Assembly (NCBI GenBank): GCA_039586365.1
Contig: JBDHKN010000007.1
Location: forward strand, 1 to 64,000
Source: Gemmatimonadota bacterium
GTDB taxonomy: Bacteria > Gemmatimonadota > Gemmatimonadetes > Gemmatimonadales > GWC2-71-9
Length of the DNA: 64,000 nt
Reading direction: 5' to 3'
In this document: in pieces, positions 59,136 through 64,000 of the stretch
How positions within the stretch are numbered: the first letter of the stretch is position 1
Layout: each line of letters starts with the position of its first letter
The notes under the pieces: generated by a model
Database searches by the model: none
What the model was told of the DNA's origin: nothing
What the model saw: the letters and a program-made list of their open reading frames with translations, nothing else
Made by a program: the position numbers and the translations under genes

Positions 59136-61562
59136 CTAAGCTGATGTCAAGGCAGAAACCGGATCGACGCGAGTGACACGTTTCGCCGGAATGAAGCTCG
59201 CCAGGATTCCCGCACTCGCCAGAGTGAACAGGACCGTCCCGAACACCGCCGGATCGCGCGCGTTGACCTCGAACAGAATTATCTGCAGTCGACCGGCTGC
59301 GAGCACTGCGAGTGCGAGGCCGAGTCCAAGCCCGATCGCAAGTTGGACCGCGCCCTTTCTCATCACCAAGCCGACTAGCTGGCGACCCTGTGCACCCAAG
59401 GCCATGCGGACCCCCATCTCATGCGTGCGCTGCGCTACTGCGAATGACATCACTCCGTATAAGCCCACGGCTGCGAGGAACAGGGCTGAGAACCCAAATG
59501 CCATGAACAGCTTGCCAAACACCGAGAAGAAGAACGTCTGGCGGTCGATCACCCCTTCCATGGACATCACTTGGAAGATCGGCAGGTTGGGATCGATTGA
59601 CGCCACGGCAGCCCGTACCTCTGCAGTCTTGGACATCGGTGGGCCCTGTGTCCGCAGCGCCAGGCTGACGAAGTTACCGACACCGCTCTGTGCAATCGGA
59701 ATGTAGAACCCTGCGGGGCTCGCATCGTTGTTGCCGATGCCCTCCATGCGCATGTCGGGTACTACACCAACAACCGTCAACCAATGAGCCGTGGTGTCGC
59801 GCTGGCCCATACGAATGCGCCTGCCCAAGGCGTTTTCGTTTGCGAAGAACGTCCGCACGAACGTCTCGTTGACAACGCAAACCGGAAGGGCCCCCTGGCG
59901 GTCGGCAAGGCCGAAGGCTCTGCCCTGCAGAACTTCCGTTTGGAAGGTGCGGAAGTATCCCGGCGTTACGATGCCTTCCCGCGCCGTTGGGAAGTCATCA
60001 TCCTCTGCATAGTCCTGTCCTTCGACTTCAAACACCCTGGCTCCGTTGCCTGAAGCGGGAAGGCCGTCAGAGAGTGTTGCCGCCTCGACACCTGGTATTG
60101 CTTCGAGCCGCGGCAACAGCTCCGCATAGAACTGCAGACGGCTCACGGTGTCTGGGTATTCGACTTGGGGCAGGTTGATCCGCGCCGTGAACACGTTGTC
60201 AGTGGTGAATGGGAGGTCTACCGTTTTGAGCTGGGTGACGCTCTTGATCATCAGACCGGCGGCGATCAAGAGACCGCAGGATAGGGCAACCTCCGCAACG
60301 ACCAAGCCTCCAGTCACTCTGCTCATCCGAAAACTCGATGAGCCACGATTCTCGTCCTTCAGCGCTTCGCCGACCTTGTTTCTGGTCGCCTGCAGCGCAG
60401 GAACAACACCTGAGGCCACCGCAGCTATGAGCGTCGCAGCGATTACGAACAACATCACCCGGTGATCGAGATCGAACCGAATCCAGAATGGAGGCGGATT
60501 CACCTGTATCACCATCTTGAACCACTCGATCCCAAGTATGCCCAGACCGAGTCCCAGCACACCCCCGGCAAACGCCAGCACCAGGACTTCGGTCAGCAGC
60601 TGACTGATGACACGGATGCGGGCTGCGCCCAGCGCCGTTCTGACCGCAACTTCTCTTGTCCTGACGGATGTCCGGGCAATCAGAAGATTGGCAACATTTA
60701 CACAAGCGATGAGCATCACACCCAACACCGCCCCCAGCATCGTGTACAGCAGGGCGTACACCTGCGTGCCTATGAGCTCAGTGAACGGTCTGACGTCGGC
60801 ACCAATACCATCGTTGCTCTCCGGATAGGCCTGCTCGAGTCGAGCCGCGATGGCAGCAATTTGGCTTCTGGCTTCCGCTACTGAAACGCCCTCTTTCAGG
60901 CGACCCACGAGGGGATACGCCGGACCTTCTCCTCTCGCATGCGCCGTGGGATCCAGCTCCAACGGCAGCCATACCTGCTCGTTGCCCGGAAACTCGAACC
61001 CCTCGGGCATGACACCGACGATGGTACGCGTTTCACCGTTGGCACGGAGGGTCCGGTTGAGGATATCGGGCGCACCTCCGAAGCGTTGTTGCCACAGTTC
61101 GTAGCCGATGATAATCACCGGCTCGGCTCCCGAGCGGGCTTCCTCCTCCCTAAACGTGCGACCTATTACAGGTTGCACCTTCAGTATCTCAAACATGTTG
61201 GGGGTGAATGTGCCACCCGTGAACCGTTCCGGCTGCCCCTCGGACCACGACAGATTCACGGGACTGGTACGCCAGGCAGCTAGGTCCTCGAACGTCGTCT
61301 GCTGCTCCCTCCAATCGCCGTAGTCGTGGGTGCTCACACCCATGAACTCGATGTCGCGCGATGGATTGGTGCGACCCAACGACATGATCAGGTGGGAGTC
61401 CTCAAATGGGAGTCCCTTGTAGATCACTCCGTTCACTATGCTGAAGACCGTTGTCGTGAGTCCGACACCGAGGCCGAACGTGAGGACTACTATCGCCGTG
61501 AGACCAGGAGATTTCAGAGCCATCCTGAGACCAAAACGCAGGTCCTTAAGCAGCGCTCCCAT
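59136..61562 (-). CDS. ADOP-type duplicated ABC permease (MacB/FtsX repeats)
   Basis: DLRFGLR, LIACVNVANLL, REVAVRTALGA, GLYGVMSF.V.QRT.E.GVRMALGA, DP..AL. Confidence 0.93.
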   Translation of the reverse strand: MGALLKDLRFGLRMALKSPGLTAIVVLTFGLGVGLTTTVFSIVNGVIYKGLPFEDSHLIMSLGRTNPSRDIEFMGVSTHDYGDWREQQTTFEDLAAWRTSPVNLSWSEGQPERFTGGTFTPNMFEILKVQPVIGRTFREEEARSGAEPVIIIGYELWQQRFGGAPDILNRTLRANGETRTIVGVMPEGFEFPGNEQVWLPLELDPTAHARGEGPAYPLVGRLKEGVSVAEARSQIAAIAARLEQAYPESNDGIGADVRPFTELIGTQVYALLYTMLGAVLGVMLIACVNVANLLIARTSVRTREVAVRTALGAARIRVISQLLTEVLVLAFAGGVLGLGLGILGIEWFKMVIQVNPPPFWIRFDLDHRVMLFVIAATLIAAVASGVVPALQATRNKVGEALKDENRGSSSFRMSRVTGGLVVAEVALSCGLLIAAGLMIKSVTQLKTVDLPFTTDNVFTARINLPQVEYPDTVSRLQFYAELLPRLEAIPGVEAATLSDGLPASGNGARVFEVEGQDYAEDDDFPTAREGIVTPGYFRTFQTEVLQGRAFGLADRQGALPVCVVNETFVRTFFANENALGRRIRMGQRDTTAHWLTVVGVVPDMRMEGIGNNDASPAGFYIPIAQSGVGNFVSLALRTQGPPMSKTAEVRAAVASIDPNLPIFQVMSMEGVIDRQTFFFSVFGKLFMAFGFSALFLAAVGLYGVMSFAVAQRTHEMGVRMALGAQGRQLVGLVMRKGAVQLAIGLGLGLALAVLAAGRLQIILFEVNARDPAVFGTVLFTLASAGILASFIPAKRVTRVDPVSALTSA

Positions 61563-61773
61563 TGGTCAACTCCAGGTTCGGGGAGAGGGAAGCCGCCACT
61601 TGGTATCTAGCTATAGAAGATAGTCAGTGGCATTGGACTCTACGGATGAAACGAACGTGTGGTTTCAGGAGGCAACCATCCATGGCTCTGGTGCGGATCG
61701 TTCCTGATTGGAACGAGACCTATTCCTTGCCCGTGGGTCAAGCTCTGGACTCTTAGGGTGTCGGCGCAGTGAC

Positions 61774-62514
61774 CTAGGGATGCTCGGGTTGGGCTTTTGG
61801 ACGGAGCTGCACGATCGGCCCCAGAGCTAGCTCCACGGCATTTACAATTCGTGCTTTGTCTACAAACAGGCTGCTGTCGGGTACGGATGCGTAGTCCCCA
61901 ACCATTCTGTCCCACCTCTCGATCAATTCCAAGCCACCGCGTCCTATGTACAACCCGACTCCGTCCATATCCTCGATAACTACAGACAACGACAAGGCAT
62001 AGAAGACGCCCCAACCCCTGACTCCCACGGACTGTGACACTCCATCCCACCTAGCTTGAGAGTAGTCTGACTCTGCTTCCACCACCTGTATCTCCGGGTA
62101 GAGCAATGCGTCGGGGTCAAACTTCTCCCGCAGCTCCTCCTTGAGTTGTCCGACGGCAGTCCTGAAACGCTCTTCGTCAAACGCGCCAGTGTAGGGGTTG
62201 TAGAGGCCGCCGATCTCCTCCACAACGCGCGCCCATATCTCTGCGTGGACCACTGAGGGAAGCGTCTCGAAGCCGGCGTCGTGGACCTTAGCTGCGATGA
62301 GTGAGTCCAGCTCCAGAAGCACTGCTTCGGGCACCTCAGCACCCTCTCCCAGGACAACCGGAGTAAGTGCAATACGATCAATCTCGGCGTACACTTGTTC
62401 GCGAGGAGCCACGAACCTATGTGTCGTCGGCACAGGACGACAGCCGGAACACAAGCCAGCTATCAGGCTGGTGATCAGCAACAGACGCAAGCGCTCCAAT
62501 AGCAGTACTGCCAT
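61774..62514 (-). CDS. Uncharacterised lipoprotein (paralogue of 1432-2193)
   Basis: Lipobox CSGC; shared motifs ALTPV, DSLIA, GGL..P.TG..DE, LYPEI, WDG.SQS, ALSL, EDM.G, GG.EL. Confidence 0.75.
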   Translation of the reverse strand: MAVLLLERLRLLLITSLIAGLCSGCRPVPTTHRFVAPREQVYAEIDRIALTPVVLGEGAEVPEAVLLELDSLIAAKVHDAGFETLPSVVHAEIWARVVEEIGGLYNPYTGAFDEERFRTAVGQLKEELREKFDPDALLYPEIQVVEAESDYSQARWDGVSQSVGVRGWGVFYALSLSVVIEDMDGVGLYIGRGGLELIERWDRMVGDYASVPDSSLFVDKARIVNAVELALGPIVQLRPKAQPEHP

Positions 62515-62651
62515 CGCCGTTACCTGGTCTGCCGGTTGTCAAACACCGAAATTGCCCACTGTTGATATTCTGGTAAAACATATAAGACCGCCGGTGTAAC
62601 ACCAGACACGCTTGTCCAGCTGTGATCCCTACTCACCAAGCAGCACCACAA

Positions 62652-62681
62652 TTGACGGACCCGTCGCACCGACCCTATAAT
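62652..62681 (+). promoter_or_regulatory. Near-consensus sigma70 promoter
   Basis: TTGACG-N18-TATAAT, about 80 nt upstream of the ATG at 62763. Confidence 0.6.
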
Positions 62682-62762
62682 TCCAGCTCACTCCGGGTTC
62701 GCCGTACCGCTCAACGGGCCTGGGCCTAGGCCAGCGAGTGCCGGTGCAAGTAGGGTAAGGTC

Positions 62763-63305
62763 ATGCCAAGGAAGAAACGTATCCCAAAACGTGACAAGCG
62801 AGGCAATCCCTACTTGGATGTGACCCAAGGGGAAGATCATAGTGGGGTGCGTGTCACTTTCGAGCGCGCGTGGTATTCCCCACCCCTAGACGACAACCTC
62901 GAAATCGACTTTGAGAAAGCTGCCGAAGAACTGCAAGCAGAAGTCACGGCTGGGACGCTGTGGTTTCAGAACTACCTCGACAACGACGATCTGACGCACC
63001 CAGTTGTGTTCACCTTGGAGTCGCGTAATGGCTTGGAGGCCTTGATAAGCACCATACGTCAGGTATTCAAGGATGGCTTGCGTGAGAGCAACGCCGTGCG
63101 GGAGGCAGGTCTTGCCAAGTGCCAAGCGGCACTCGTTGATCGTCGCAAGGGAGCGCGCCGGCGAGGACGTGATCGCCGAGTAAATGGTGATCGCCGCAAC
63201 GCAAGCCAACGCGTATTCGACAAGCTGCGGATCCGCAATCTCCGCAAGAAGCAAAGAAGGCAGATCGCCGACCGCCGCAGGGGAACCGAGCGTCGGGCTG
63301 CCTGA
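62763..63305 (+). CDS. Hypothetical cytoplasmic protein with C-terminal [DE]RR repeats
   Basis: Occupies the only gap between flanking genes, has its own promoter and an aagg RBS; tail DRRKGARRRGRDRRVNGDRR...QRRQIADRRRGTERR. Confidence 0.7.
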   Translation: MPRKKRIPKRDKRGNPYLDVTQGEDHSGVRVTFERAWYSPPLDDNLEIDFEKAAEELQAEVTAGTLWFQNYLDNDDLTHPVVFTLESRNGLEALISTIRQVFKDGLRESNAVREAGLAKCQAALVDRRKGARRRGRDRRVNGDRRNASQRVFDKLRIRNLRKKQRRQIADRRRGTERRAA

Positions 63306-63389
63306 TCCGTTCCCAGATCAGTTCAGCAAGTTCAGGGCAGGATGCTGACTGTTCATCGAAGGAACAGCGAGGCAACAGTATACGCATGG

Positions 63390-64000
63390 CTACTCATACC
63401 GCAGCACCGAAGCGGCATCCACTCGACTAGCACGCATTGCCGGGACGACGCTGGCCAGGGTGGCTACCGATACAAAGATCACCACAACACCCAAGAACGT
63501 GATCGGATCGAATGGCCCAATCCCAAACAGCACAGAAGCCATCGCGCGACTCGCCACGAGCGCCAGTAACAGACCCAGACCCAACCCTACTCCGCTGAGC
63601 TTCAGGCCTTCGCTCAAAAAGAGCCGACGAATGGTTGTCCCGCTAGCTCCTAACGCCATGCGCACTCCGATTTCTCTGTGCCGTTGTGCAACAGAGTAGG
63701 CCACCACACCGTAGAGTCCCAAGACCGCAAGTAACAAGGAGGCACCCCCCAACAAAGCCAACAACACCGAGCTGATGCTCCACGGCAGGGTCTGCTCGCT
63801 CACGACACTGTTCATGGTCCGAATCGTGACAGGCAGATCACCGTCGACGCTGCGCAGTACACTCCGTACGGAGCTCACGGCTGTACCGGGAGCACCATGA
63901 GCCGCGATGACTAAGAACCGGCGTCTAACGGCCTGCTGCGCCACCGGCACATAGAGCTGGGGACGCTGATCGGCTGAGATACCCTCAAACCTAACGTCGC
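63390..64000 (-). CDS. ADOP-type ABC permease, C-terminal part (start beyond the window)
   Basis: GLYGVVAYSVAQR.REIGVRMALGA, DPITF, PA.RASRVD....LRYE. Confidence 0.88.
   Translation of the reverse strand, partial: DVRFEGISADQRPQLYVPVAQQAVRRRFLVIAAHGAPGTAVSSVRSVLRSVDGDLPVTIRTMNSVVSEQTLPWSISSVLLALLGGASLLLAVLGLYGVVAYSVAQRHREIGVRMALGASGTTIRRLFLSEGLKLSGVGLGLGLLLALVASRAMASVLFGIGPFDPITFLGVVVIFVSVATLASVVPAMRASRVDAASVLRYE

Noticed and set aside
1..64000. CRISPR arrays, tRNA/rRNA genes, prophage, IS elements or defence systems
   Set aside because: No regularly spaced repeats, cloverleaf or rRNA-like sequence, transposase, integrase or nuclease motifs were seen by eye.

Overview
A gene-dense, roughly 60% GC bacterial chromosomal segment of about 55 CDS. 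I found no rRNA, tRNA, CRISPR array, integrase or transposase. The protein families (two ADOP-type duplicated orphan permeases, a membrane Hanks kinase, many secreted peptidases and small lipoproteins) suggest Gemmatimonadota, which is an inference. Main blocks: (1) a large set of mostly exported hydrolases (M4/M36, M28, two M14-clan, three S9, S10, two amidohydrolases, amidase, GH20); (2) glnS; (3) a complete cbb3 oxidase and maturation locus ccoN-O-Q-P-G-(mini H)-I-S with a divergent DsbD_2/TauE gene and downstream DUF4920 and PepSY-TM genes, where three small genes are missing from the ORF track; (4) a Tat-exported PaoABC-like molybdo-flavoenzyme; (5) a TetR-RND(MMPL/HpnN-like)-LolA-like-beta-barrel operon. 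Most notable observations: that probable trans-envelope lipid transport operon, a CcoP made di-haem by internal duplication, a di-haem peroxidase homologue lacking the catalytic Glu, a DDAH gene frameshifted just before its catalytic Cys (repairable by duplicating a 10-nt unit), a protein with [DE]RR repeats behind a near-consensus promoter, two paralogues of an unnamed lipoprotein 60 kb apart, and a long hairpin in the glnS leader. All calls are by-eye motif recognition; no searches were run.
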